From a virus (Duplodnaviria; Caudoviricetes): a stretch of DNA of 29,046 nt. The stretch lies in the IMG/VR virus record IMGVR_UViG_3300002307_000177, positions 1 to 29,046 of that record, one strand, 5' to 3'. A program made the translations under genes and the position numbers. Below are positions 1 through 7,319 of the stretch, piece by piece. The notes beneath the pieces are model-generated. The model saw only the letters and a program-made list of their open reading frames with translations. It was not told the origin of the DNA and searched no databases. How positions within the stretch are numbered: position 1 is the stretch's first letter; the number at the start of each line of letters is the position of its first letter.

Positions 1-441
1 TTGTTCAAATAGTTCTAGCTTTTGTTGATAGTTAGTAGTCCAAAAATCCACACTAACTCTAAGTGTATAAGGAACAGGCATCAGTCTCTCAACAGTAAAT
101 GCTTGTCCTTGAGTAGTAGTATAGCTTTGAGACTCTTGATCGTATGCGCGCTGTGCAACATTAATTTTATCAACAAAAGTTGGATTTGTAGTCCATCTTT
201 GATTATACTCTATTCCAGTTATATAATATGTAATCAACGGTGCACTGGGTAATGTGCTAGCACTGTTATTTGCAATAACGGTCGCTGCTTGACGACTCTG
301 ATCGCCATACATAATAGGAACACGAACTAAAATATCGTTTCCGTTAGGGTCTTTGCCCTTAGTTACATACCATTGACTAAAAATCTTAGCAAATTGTATT
401 AAGAACCTTCTTACTTGGTTATCATAGAAGAAATGTGACAT
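1..441 (-). CDS. gp15: T4 gp15-like tail sheath stabiliser / tail completion protein (5' part; runs off the window)
   Basis: Not in the ORF track. Manual translation from ATG at 441 (SD AGGA upstream) is open to base 1: MSHFFYDNQVRRFLIQFAKIFSQW...VRVPIMYGD...LMPVPYTLRVSVDFWTTNYQQKLELFEQ. The FY..R..F, VP..Y, PVPY and Q..EQ pattern is gp15-like, and the gene lies directly downstream of the gp14-like gene. Confidence 0.8.
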   Translation of the reverse strand, partial: MSHFFYDNQVRRFLIQFAKIFSQWYVTKGKDPNGNDILVRVPIMYGDQSRQAATVIANNSASTLPSAPLITYYITGIEYNQRWTTNPTFVDKINVAQRAYDQESQSYTTTQGQAFTVERLMPVPYTLRVSVDFWTTNYQQKLELFEQ

Positions 442-450
442 ATGTTCCTA

Positions 451-2199
451 TTATATTTCTGGGGGCAGAATATCAGGCGCCGGCTGCAAAATACTTGATA
501 GCGGTTGCAATTCAGGAACTAACTTCTGCTCATTATTTAGATATAGTTTATTCGGGTCATTTATAAAGCTGTTGAGTTGTGACTCATTAGCTGCATCAGC
601 AAATCCAGTTTCCGTGCGAACATTAGAGCTTATTCTTACCCATCTAGTACCGTCCCAACGATACAATATTTGTGGTAGATAATCTATGCGTAAGAAGTAG
701 TCACCTACTTGGGGATTTGCAGGGAATGCTACACCGGCACCACTTGCTCCTAAGCCATTTTGATTATTTAATGGGAATCCGTTAGGAGGAATACCGTCCC
801 CTGTCATGTAACCAGCACTGTAGCCAAATGATCTTGGCGTTGACCTAGCGATAAACTGAAATCCAGGAATACAATCTGCACGATAATCCATGTTAGCAGT
901 GACATCACCGGTAAAGCCTGGCTGTGTTGGGTCTTGGTCAGCAGTAGCATACGTATTGTCAGCAGTACCATACGGTCCAATTACCATTCCCAGTGACTGA
1001 ATTCTGAGTAATTTATCAGTTTCAACTGAACCGCTTCCACTCTCAGTTTTCTGCGGAGCAAGTTCAACTACATTGATTTCAGTCTGAATAAACTTGTCAA
1101 TCTTTTCATTAATAGATTGACTATCTACTGTCATATCCCAAATATTTTCTAATGCTTTTTTGCTAATTCTAATACCAGCAGCATAATTTCTATATTTAGG
1201 ACTTTTGACTAGCATGACTGAACCTGATACTTGAACACCCGTATTGCTCAAGTTCACATTGATACTTACAGGCGGCGCAGGTTGATTTAATCTCTTTGAC
1301 AATACACCATTTTGTTCGTAAATTCCATATGTAGGCATAATATAGAGTTTACTAGTATCATAACCTGATTTAGGAAGTAACTTTTCAGCTTCTTGTAATG
1401 CAGCATCATTTACTGAAATATTATAGTTATAAGTGCTGACAATATCATTTACACTGCCATTATCAATTACTTTCCAATATGTTTCATTGGGAGGAGTTGT
1501 CCCAATCGGAACATCAGTGATAGACTCATAGACTTTTCCGCCATATGTTATAGTATAGCCAGGAGGATATGTTTTTGTGTTATCCCAATCACCTAAGTAA
1601 TTGTCTTGTTGTATAGGCTGGTTAAGTATATCAGCAAATTCTTCACTGTTTACTAATTTCTCACACTTGATACGCCACAAGTGAGGATACCATGTTTGAC
1701 TGAAACCTTCGCTTGCATAATTGGCATCTGTAATTTGCATATAGCGTTTTAAAGCTACAGGGATGGCTTCGTTTAACGGGTCATAGTCAACTAAGTGCGG
1801 CAATTCAATAACATCTCCTACCATAAGTTTGCGACCTATTATATCAATCATGTCATTATAATGAACAGTTATGAATATGATATCGTTGTTTAAGAATAGA
1901 CCAAACTGACTTAAATCAAAATCAAGATTTTGAACATTGTAATGTCCTCTAAGTCTATAGATAGTGCTATCATATTTACGATCACGGTTTTCTAAGAACA
2001 GTAAATCTTGAATTTTAGTTGGGTCAGGAGTAAGCTGCTGTGGCTGAGTATAGTCAGTACTTGGACCCTGGTTAGTAATGCCCACATATTTGTGTACATA
2101 TAGGTCAGTGCCACCCACAGTAAATTGTTCAGATATCGTTCTGTCTAGGAATCGATAATCATTCTGCTTGTTCGAACGGTATAAACTAAGCCGGGGCAT
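451..2199 (-). CDS. gp14: T4 gp14-like neck protein, extended (582 aa)
   Basis: Likely start is ATG 2199 (MPRLSLYR..., GGAG SD at 2206-2209), not 2253. The N-terminal region has DLLFLENRDRKY, LSQFGLF, GDVIELPHL and W.PHLWRIKC motifs typical of gp14-like proteins in large T4-like phages, and it sits upstream of the gp15-like gene. Confidence 0.7.
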   Translation of the reverse strand: MPRLSLYRSNKQNDYRFLDRTISEQFTVGGTDLYVHKYVGITNQGPSTDYTQPQQLTPDPTKIQDLLFLENRDRKYDSTIYRLRGHYNVQNLDFDLSQFGLFLNNDIIFITVHYNDMIDIIGRKLMVGDVIELPHLVDYDPLNEAIPVALKRYMQITDANYASEGFSQTWYPHLWRIKCEKLVNSEEFADILNQPIQQDNYLGDWDNTKTYPPGYTITYGGKVYESITDVPIGTTPPNETYWKVIDNGSVNDIVSTYNYNISVNDAALQEAEKLLPKSGYDTSKLYIMPTYGIYEQNGVLSKRLNQPAPPVSINVNLSNTGVQVSGSVMLVKSPKYRNYAAGIRISKKALENIWDMTVDSQSINEKIDKFIQTEINVVELAPQKTESGSGSVETDKLLRIQSLGMVIGPYGTADNTYATADQDPTQPGFTGDVTANMDYRADCIPGFQFIARSTPRSFGYSAGYMTGDGIPPNGFPLNNQNGLGASGAGVAFPANPQVGDYFLRIDYLPQILYRWDGTRWVRISSNVRTETGFADAANESQLNSFINDPNKLYLNNEQKLVPELQPLSSILQPAPDILPPEI

Positions 2200-2200
2200 A

Positions 2201-2854
2201 TTAAACTCCGCCCGCCATTTTTTTAGCGAGTAAGTTAGCCTTTCTTGAGGCATTTCTTTTAGCTATAGTTTCGGGACTTAGTTTTTTACCAAACATACCA
2301 TTTGATTCCCCGCATCGCTTTCTTTTATCAATCCATTCCTGAGATTGTTTTCTTCCTTTTATAGACTTGCTTTGTTTAATTTTTGATTCTTCTGAACGAA
2401 CTCTGCCTATTCTTGTCTGTCTTAGTTTTTCTATGTGTTCAGGTGACTGTTTTTTTCCAAAGTTTGGACTTAGCTCACCTCTTTTTCCATATAATGGATT
2501 GTTTTCTCCAGACCACATCAAACTTTTAATGACTGAACCCCGCTCTTTAATATTATTAAACGTTTTAGAGTTTATCTTATATCGTTGTTGGTGATCGTTT
2601 TTACGGTATAGCATACAACTAAATGCATTCCACATTTGGTATTTGTGTTTAGTTTCTGACACCATTTTAGTAAGAAGCCAGTGACATATGAAATGTTCCC
2701 TAGCAGTGAGAGAAACGATATTGTCTTTACGATTACTTCCGCCCAAAGATTTAGGAACGATGTGATGTTTTTCAGTGTATCCGTCAAGGATTCTGTCTCT
2801 AGCGACCTTGATGATATGATAATACCATTTTGTATATTTTGTATCATTGAACAT
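2201..2854 (-). CDS. Free-standing HNH homing endonuclease with NUMOD3-type DNA-binding repeats (217 aa)
   Basis: Start reassigned to ATG 2854 (MFNDTKYTKWYYHII). HNH core EKHHIVPKSLGGSN...NIVSLTAREHFICHWLL. C-terminal GENNPLYGK / GKKQSPEH / GRKQSQE / GMFGKKLSPET repeats. Confidence 0.85.
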   Translation of the reverse strand: MFNDTKYTKWYYHIIKVARDRILDGYTEKHHIVPKSLGGSNRKDNIVSLTAREHFICHWLLTKMVSETKHKYQMWNAFSCMLYRKNDHQQRYKINSKTFNNIKERGSVIKSLMWSGENNPLYGKRGELSPNFGKKQSPEHIEKLRQTRIGRVRSEESKIKQSKSIKGRKQSQEWIDKRKRCGESNGMFGKKLSPETIAKRNASRKANLLAKKMAGGV

Positions 2855-2859
2855 ATAGT

Positions 2860-2867
2860 TATTTATC
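2860..2867 (-). promoter_or_regulatory. Late-promoter-like motif GATAAATA for the HNH-gp14-gp15 operon
   Basis: Reverse complement reads GATAAATAACTAT-ATG. It resembles the T4 late -10 element TATAAATA and recurs upstream of most structural genes here. Confidence 0.65.
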
Positions 2868-2879
2868 GAAAAAAAATGG

Positions 2880-2925
2880 TTGACACGGTTACCCAAAACT
2901 GATATAACAAACATATAGCAAGGAG
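2880..2925 (+). promoter_or_regulatory. Sigma70-type early promoter P1 plus SD
   Basis: TTGACA (2880-2885), 17-nt spacer, TATAAC (2903-2908), upstream A-tract, AGGAG at 2921-2925. Confidence 0.85.
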
Positions 2926-2933
2926 ATAGTGAT

Positions 2934-3170
2934 ATGGCACAGCAGATGCTCAATGAAATTATGAAGCAGATGGAAGAAGATATCCGCTGTGATATTCACG
3001 GTGATATCTATGGTCATGAATATTGGGCAGAAGAAATCTTTCGCCTCCGTGCTGAACTCCGTCGCTTGAAGGAAAAGGCTATTGAAGATAGCTGGGCCCG
3101 CAATCCTGATCGTATGGGCGGACAGTTCACCGATGAAGAAATCAATCGTTCTCGTGATGGAGGTTGGTAA
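2934..3170 (+). CDS. Hypothetical early protein (78 aa)
   Basis: ORF directly after P1 with a strong SD. C-terminal SWARNPDRMGGQFTDEEI...W motif. Confidence 0.8.
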   Translation: MAQQMLNEIMKQMEEDIRCDIHGDIYGHEYWAEEIFRLRAELRRLKEKAIEDSWARNPDRMGGQFTDEEINRSRDGGW

Positions 3171-3349
3171 TGAAAGTTTACGTAGTCAATGTAACTAGCT
3201 GGAGTGGCTCCGACGAAGTCACTAGCGTATATTGCGTGAAAAATTCCATGGAAAATGCAATTGCATTCTGTGATAGCATGAACGCGAACCGAAATTCCTC
3301 ATATACTCCGTATTATGATTATGAAGAATTTGAAGTAGAGGATTCATGA
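3170..3349 (+). CDS. Hypothetical early protein (59 aa, MKVYVVNV...)
   Basis: TAATG stop/start overlap at 3168-3172 and GGAGG SD at 3159-3163. Ends YDYEEFEVEDS. Confidence 0.75.
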   Translation: MKVYVVNVTSWSGSDEVTSVYCVKNSMENAIAFCDSMNANRNSSYTPYYDYEEFEVEDS

Positions 3350-3606
3350 AATGACTTTTGAACAATGGTTTGAATACGAGTTTGCCCCTTCGTTTGCATA
3401 CAGCAACGATGATCCATACCAGTATGAGTCTGCTGCCCGCCGTGCATGGGAAGCAGGATATACCGAAGGGTTTGAAGACGGTGCCTATGAGGATCATGCG
3501 TAATGACTTTTGAACAATGGTTTGAATACGAGTTTGCCCCTTCGTTTGCATACAGCAACGATGATCCATACCAGTATGAGTCTGCTGCCCGCCGTGCATG
3601 GGAAGC
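3350..3606 (+). repeat. Perfect 105-bp direct repeat (3350-3454 and 3502-3606, period 152 bp)
   Basis: Base-by-base identical from AATGACTTTTGAACAATGG to GCATGGGAAGC. Confidence 0.95.
3351..3503 (+). CDS. Microprotein A (50 aa) of the MTF.xW...RRAWEA family
   Basis: Manual translation MTFEQWFEYEFAPSFAYSNDDPYQYESAARRAWEAGYTEGFEDGAYEDHA*. SD GAGGA upstream, tightly packed with its neighbours. Confidence 0.75.
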   Translation: MTFEQWFEYEFAPSFAYSNDDPYQYESAARRAWEAGYTEGFEDGAYEDHA

Positions 3607-3640
3607 TTCTCGTGAAAATATGACGGTAGAGGATATCTGA
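3503..3640 (+). CDS. Microprotein B (45 aa) of the same family
   Basis: MTFEQWFEYEFAPSFAYSNDDPYQYESAARRAWEASRENMTVEDI*. TAATG overlap with A, SD GAGGA. Confidence 0.75.
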   Translation: MTFEQWFEYEFAPSFAYSNDDPYQYESAARRAWEASRENMTVEDI

Positions 3641-3641
3641 T

Positions 3642-3818
3642 ATGAAGCCCGGGTTTTATGTTGTGCGAATGCCCAAGAATGGGAATGGCGGAAGGCTAAT
3701 CGTTGAGAGTGTCCCGTTTAAGGATAGACAAGCGGCTGATAACTGGTGCGATTTTATTAAGGATGAGCTTCCCAACGATGATGTATTTGTAATTGAAAGG
3801 CATTCTGATGACGTTTGA
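3642..3818 (+). CDS. Hypothetical early protein (58 aa)
   Basis: MKPGFYVVRMPKNGNGGRLIVESVPFKDRQAADNWCDFIKDELPNDDVFVIERHSDDV*. SD GAGGA. Fills the gap between B and C. Confidence 0.7.
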   Translation: MKPGFYVVRMPKNGNGGRLIVESVPFKDRQAADNWCDFIKDELPNDDVFVIERHSDDV

Positions 3819-3969
3819 TGAATGGTTGGCTACTCAGGATAACTGTCGTCCTACTGATTGGTCTAGCATGAGTGGGGCATATCGCTTTTGGGTAGAAATT
3901 TCCCGTCGTGCCTGGGAAGCAGGATATGCCGATGGTGTAGAAGCAATGGGAGGTCCAGTTGACAACTAA
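3808..3969 (+). CDS. Microprotein C (53 aa), diverged paralogue of A/B
   Basis: MTFDEWLATQDNCRPTDWSSMSGAYRFWVEISRRAWEAGYADGVEAMGGPVDN*. Shares MTF..W and RRAWEAGY with A. Confidence 0.75.
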   Translation: MTFDEWLATQDNCRPTDWSSMSGAYRFWVEISRRAWEAGYADGVEAMGGPVDN

Positions 3970-4309
3970 CGCTTACCTCTTCATGTGGAACTGCTATGGT
4001 ATTGAAGCCATTATTCCTATCACACAATACGAAGATCAGAGCAAGCTTGATATTTGGAATATTTTGCAGGAGAAGCCTACTGGTAAGAATCCACTAGACG
4101 ATATCCTTGTACAGATGACCATGCGCGCCCGATTCAATACAGAGCGTAGATATGAAATCTATGCTATGGACTGTGATGAAAGCATAACACTAGAACAGTT
4201 GTTTGAATTTTGGGACAACTGTCCGCAGGGCGCCGCCGACCTAACTCGTGAAAAAGGTGTCTGCCTTTTCAGCAACCGAAACAAAACACAGAAAATCAAA
4301 ATCACCTAA
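3959..4309 (+). CDS. Hypothetical protein (116 aa, TTG start)
   Basis: GGAGGT SD before the TTG. Protein-like sequence (MWNCYGIEAIIPIT...RARFN..R.YEIY...PQ..ADL.R). Confidence 0.75.
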   Translation: MTTNAYLFMWNCYGIEAIIPITQYEDQSKLDIWNILQEKPTGKNPLDDILVQMTMRARFNTERRYEIYAMDCDESITLEQLFEFWDNCPQGAADLTREKGVCLFSNRNKTQKIKIT

Positions 4310-4317
4310 TTTTCTGG

Positions 4318-4363
4318 TTGACACTGGTTGCCCATTCTGCTATAACGAATGTATAGCAAGGAG
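4318..4363 (+). promoter_or_regulatory. Sigma70-type early promoter P2 plus SD (paralogue of P1)
   Basis: TTGACA 4318-4323, 17-nt spacer, TATAAC 4341-4346, AGGAG 4359-4363. Confidence 0.85.
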
Positions 4364-4370
4364 ATACTAG

Positions 4371-4583
4371 ATGGGTTATCAGGTGCTCAACTATACTCAG
4401 GAACTCCGCAAGAAGTATGGTCCTCGCAAAGGACTCGAAGGTCCCTTCTTCTATCCTAATGGTCGTGTCACATACTACGACCCAAAAGAGGGTGCATATT
4501 GGGACCCAACTACCGATTTTTACCTCTCCTACGAAGAGCAGGTTGAACTCCAAAATATGATTTTTGACAAACTTAAGGCTTGA
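4371..4583 (+). CDS. Small hypothetical protein (70 aa)
   Basis: Has its own promoter and SD. Aromatic-rich motif YGPRKGLEGPF.Y.NGRV.YYDPKEG.YWDP.TDFY. Confidence 0.85.
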   Translation: MGYQVLNYTQELRKKYGPRKGLEGPFFYPNGRVTYYDPKEGAYWDPTTDFYLSYEEQVELQNMIFDKLKA

Positions 4584-4608
4584 CATTTCAAGCCTACCGT
4601 TGTATAGT
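4580..4608 (+). promoter_or_regulatory. Sigma70-type early promoter P3
   Basis: TTGACA 4580-4585 overlapping the upstream TGA stop, 17-nt spacer, TATAGT 4603-4608. AGGAG SD before ATG 4641. Confidence 0.8.
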
Positions 4609-4640
4609 GATATATAAGCTGAGAAATTAGGAGATATCAG

Positions 4641-5900
4641 ATGGCTCGTCGTGCAATCATCGCTAAGGTTAGAAAGCCCAAGAAGACCGTTGTTCGTGTT
4701 GGCAAGAAGGGTATTGCTCTTGCTGCATCTGGTAACAACCTCGTGAAGGATTTTCGTCCGAAGGATGTAGATGTCCTTCGCTATGGTCCCGAACCCACTT
4801 TCAATGACAATCAGCCTTCTGATGAACAGCGTCAGGCTGTTCTCTCTGATACCTACAACTGGTATTCGCGCTTCTGCACTCACAAGGATGCTAAAGAGTT
4901 TCTGATCCAGTATCTTGAAAACAACAAGACTGACAAGGAAACGATCAAGCTGGTTCGTAAGAGCCCTGACAATCGTATGGTTACGACTGCCGGTTGGGCT
5001 GCGCGTTGCGCTACTCGCGGTCTCATCCTGACCGAAAAGCAGAAATCTTACATTCAGGAAGCCGTCAACAAGCTGGTTTCTTTTGCTAATGCTGGCGTCA
5101 AGGACGATACAGTTGAAGGTGAAGAGGTTGTTGCAAAGCCCAAGCGCACTGTCAACATTCAGGAAGTCATGCGTGAAAAGGCTGACGAAGCACTTAGCGA
5201 TGTTGAGGCACTGTTTGATGAATTCATCACCGCTGGTTGCCCCAAGGACTTCAATGTTGACAAGAAGGTCGTTGGCTTCTTGTCTGCACGTAACGTTCTT
5301 CCCCAGCATCTTGCACCTGCTATCAAGCGTTGGCAGAAGCTGCTTGAAGAATACCTTGAATTGCAGGAAGGCAAGTGCAGCCAGCTTAACGAAGCATACA
5401 GCAATCTCGGCAAGATGCAGGTTCGTTATACGATCAAGCTGATTGAAGATATCATCGGTGAAATGAACGGTTACATCAGCCTCAAGCAGGCAACTAAGAA
5501 GGTTCGCGCTAAGAAGACAGTTCCCGTTGAAGTCACCGTCAGCAAGCTCAAGTACTGCAAAGCTTTCAAGGACGATACCCTCAAGATTGATATTGTCAGT
5601 CTTAACCCTATCAAGCTTCACCAGTCTACAGAAGCCTGGATCTATGATACTAAGCGCCGTAAGATCCATCACTATGTCGCAGATAGCTACAGCAAGTGCC
5701 TGATGGTCAAGGGTAATACTATTCTCGGCTTTGATAAGAAGGAATCTGGTATGAAGACCCTTCGTAAGCCTGCTGAACAGATTAAGGCACTGATGGGCAG
5801 TAAGCCTGCTGCTCGTAAGTATTTCAAGGATATCAAGGCTGTTGAAGCTGTGCCGAATGGTCGCTTCAACACAGATATGATCATTCTTAAGGCGTTTTGA
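4641..5900 (+). CDS. Basic 419-aa early protein of unknown function
   Basis: Long ORF with its own promoter and SD and strongly biased codon usage. The C-terminal W.YDTK.RK...Y.A...L.VKG.TI.GFD...KTLRKP...NGR.N.D.IILK pattern resembles a conserved hypothetical of T4-like phages (from recall, not a search). Confidence 0.85.
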   Translation: MARRAIIAKVRKPKKTVVRVGKKGIALAASGNNLVKDFRPKDVDVLRYGPEPTFNDNQPSDEQRQAVLSDTYNWYSRFCTHKDAKEFLIQYLENNKTDKETIKLVRKSPDNRMVTTAGWAARCATRGLILTEKQKSYIQEAVNKLVSFANAGVKDDTVEGEEVVAKPKRTVNIQEVMREKADEALSDVEALFDEFITAGCPKDFNVDKKVVGFLSARNVLPQHLAPAIKRWQKLLEEYLELQEGKCSQLNEAYSNLGKMQVRYTIKLIEDIIGEMNGYISLKQATKKVRAKKTVPVEVTVSKLKYCKAFKDDTLKIDIVSLNPIKLHQSTEAWIYDTKRRKIHHYVADSYSKCLMVKGNTILGFDKKESGMKTLRKPAEQIKALMGSKPAARKYFKDIKAVEAVPNGRFNTDMIILKAF

Positions 5901-5901
5901 T

Positions 5902-6201
5902 ATGGGATACACTGCTAATAAGTTCTTTGCATTCCCTAGTACAGAAGCACCGGAAGAGTATGTGTTCATTGATACCAGTAAAGTCACTAGTTTCAAACGA
6001 ATCGGAAAGAGTGGCTTTACTTGTGTATCATTTGGTGTTAATCCTCCTAAAGGATTAGAGTACAATTATCCCATAGTTCTAGACGACTTCACTATTACCT
6101 CATACCCGTTCACCTCATTTTCCCCGTTGGTTGAGGTTGAATATGCTAGTGTGCCCGCTAATCTTAAGCGCAGGTACACTAAATGGGCAAAGTATCAATA
6201 A
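5902..6201 (+). CDS. Hypothetical protein (99 aa)
   Basis: ORF fills the space between flanking genes (1-nt and 9-nt gaps). Confidence 0.65.
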   Translation: MGYTANKFFAFPSTEAPEEYVFIDTSKVTSFKRIGKSGFTCVSFGVNPPKGLEYNYPIVLDDFTITSYPFTSFSPLVEVEYASVPANLKRRYTKWAKYQ

Positions 6202-6210
6202 AGGAACCAC

Positions 6211-6621
6211 ATGAACAACATTGATTTAACCAAGTACGCAGATTTTGTCCTCACTGTATGCAGTGATACAAGCAAGAACACAGAAGCATTTGTAGACCAC
6301 GTTCGTAGACTTCACAACACTACCGATGTTAATATTCCACTGTTGCTTACTAGCGGCATTGGTTTGGGCAGTGAAGGAGGAGAATTCCAAGAGATTGTGA
6401 AGAAGGTACTGTTCCAAGGTAAACCTTTGACTGATGATACGGTATTTCATCTTAAGCGTGAACTCGGAGACATTGCATGGTACTGGGCTAACGCTTGCAA
6501 CGCACTTGGGCTTGACCCTAACGATGTTCTCGCAGAGAACGTAAACAAGCTAGAGTCCCGCTACCCTGGTGGCAAGTTTGATGCTCACTACAGCGAGAAC
6601 CGCAAGGAAGGTGATTTGTAA
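6211..6621 (+). CDS. mazG: MazG-like nucleotide pyrophosphohydrolase
   Basis: GLGSEGGEFQEIVKK...FQGK...HLKRELGDIAWY...NVNKLESRYP gives the ExxE...ExxD all-alpha NTP-PPase signature. AAGGA SD. Confidence 0.9.
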   Translation: MNNIDLTKYADFVLTVCSDTSKNTEAFVDHVRRLHNTTDVNIPLLLTSGIGLGSEGGEFQEIVKKVLFQGKPLTDDTVFHLKRELGDIAWYWANACNALGLDPNDVLAENVNKLESRYPGGKFDAHYSENRKEGDL

Positions 6622-6860
6622 TGGACCATCTACAAGAAGCTACCTATAAAATTATAAAAGAACAGTTTGGTATCGAAGTAGTAGATGACACTGCGCATCT
6701 AATTCAAGATTTAGGTGGTGATCTACTCGATATCATAGAACTGGTAATGTCTATTGAAGAAACCTTCAATGTTGAAATCAGCGATCTTGAAGCTGAAAAC
6801 ATTCAAACGGTACAAGATGTGTATGAATGTATAAAGAAGGTTTCTTCTAATGAGCGATGA
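6621..6860 (+). CDS. Acyl carrier protein homologue lacking the phosphopantetheine serine
   Basis: Acidic 79-aa protein: II.EQFG...DLGGDLLDIIELVMSIEETFNVEISDLEAENIQTVQD aligns with AcpP DLGADSLD.VELVM.LEE.F..EI.DEEAEKI.TV. The Ser position (codon 35, 6723-6725) is CTA = Leu. Confidence 0.88.
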   Translation: MDHLQEATYKIIKEQFGIEVVDDTAHLIQDLGGDLLDIIELVMSIEETFNVEISDLEAENIQTVQDVYECIKKVSSNER

Positions 6861-7047
6861 TACTGCTCCTGCTGTTGTAGGGGGAGTGATCATTGGGTTG
6901 TGCTTAGGTGCAGGATTAACGCTGCTGGTGATGGGTCACAATCTTCAATATGATGAAGTTCAGGCAAGAAAACAATTAGTTGAACTCGGGGTAGGAAGTT
7001 ATGATTCTCGGACAGGTTCATTTCAAGTGAAAGGATGTAATAGATGA
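6850..7047 (+). CDS. Small single-pass membrane protein (65 aa)
   Basis: Hydrophobic AVVGGVIIGLCLGAGLTLLVMG segment with GxxxG motifs. Overlaps its neighbours. Confidence 0.7.
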   Translation: MSDDTAPAVVGGVIIGLCLGAGLTLLVMGHNLQYDEVQARKQLVELGVGSYDSRTGSFQVKGCNR

Positions 7048-7310
7048 TTGTTTCTGATCACGCTAGACTACAAGGTCTAGCCGCACGAATGAAGTGGTTT
7101 CATGATAACAAGCTTGACATCAAGCCGCAGCGTGTAAGTGTATATCTACTTGAAATGGCTTCGGTACTGAATAATATGGAAAAAACTCAGTGCTGTACGG
7201 ATGATGATCTTGGCATTCTTGATAGTGCATTGAGAAAGGCAGAAGAAATTTGCCTTCCAGAAGACGCACATCTATACACATACGACCCTAATTGGTCACT
7301 GTGGGGATAA
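7044..7310 (+). CDS. Hypothetical protein (88 aa)
   Basis: ATGA overlap with the upstream gene, AAGGA SD. Confidence 0.7.
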   Translation: MIVSDHARLQGLAARMKWFHDNKLDIKPQRVSVYLLEMASVLNNMEKTQCCTDDDLGILDSALRKAEEICLPEDAHLYTYDPNWSLWG

Positions 7311-7319
7311 TACTATCTT

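Noticed and set aside
2201-2854. HNH gene as part of a group I intron or intein
   Set aside because: It lies between a promoter and the intact start of gp14 and interrupts no coding sequence, so it is free-standing.
2201-2953. ORF-track extended starts (2953, 2253, 8325, 10647, 21610)
   Set aside because: The extensions overlap promoters or neighbouring genes. Downstream ATGs (2854, 2199, 8340, 10683, 21622) fit the SD/promoter context and family N-termini better.
3222-3599. Minus-strand ORFs with repeated MHGGQQTHTG peptides
   Set aside because: Antisense read-through of the 105-bp duplication. The plus-strand microproteins have SDs and coupled starts.
3350-3606. Repeat as a CRISPR array or DGR template/variable pair
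   Set aside because: Only two 105-bp copies, protein-coding, with no mismatches (so no adenine-specific variation). No cas or RT gene in the window.
4302-6065. 587-aa minus-strand ORF
   Set aside because: Antisense shadow of the codon-biased plus-strand genes, which have promoters and SDs. No recognisable motifs.
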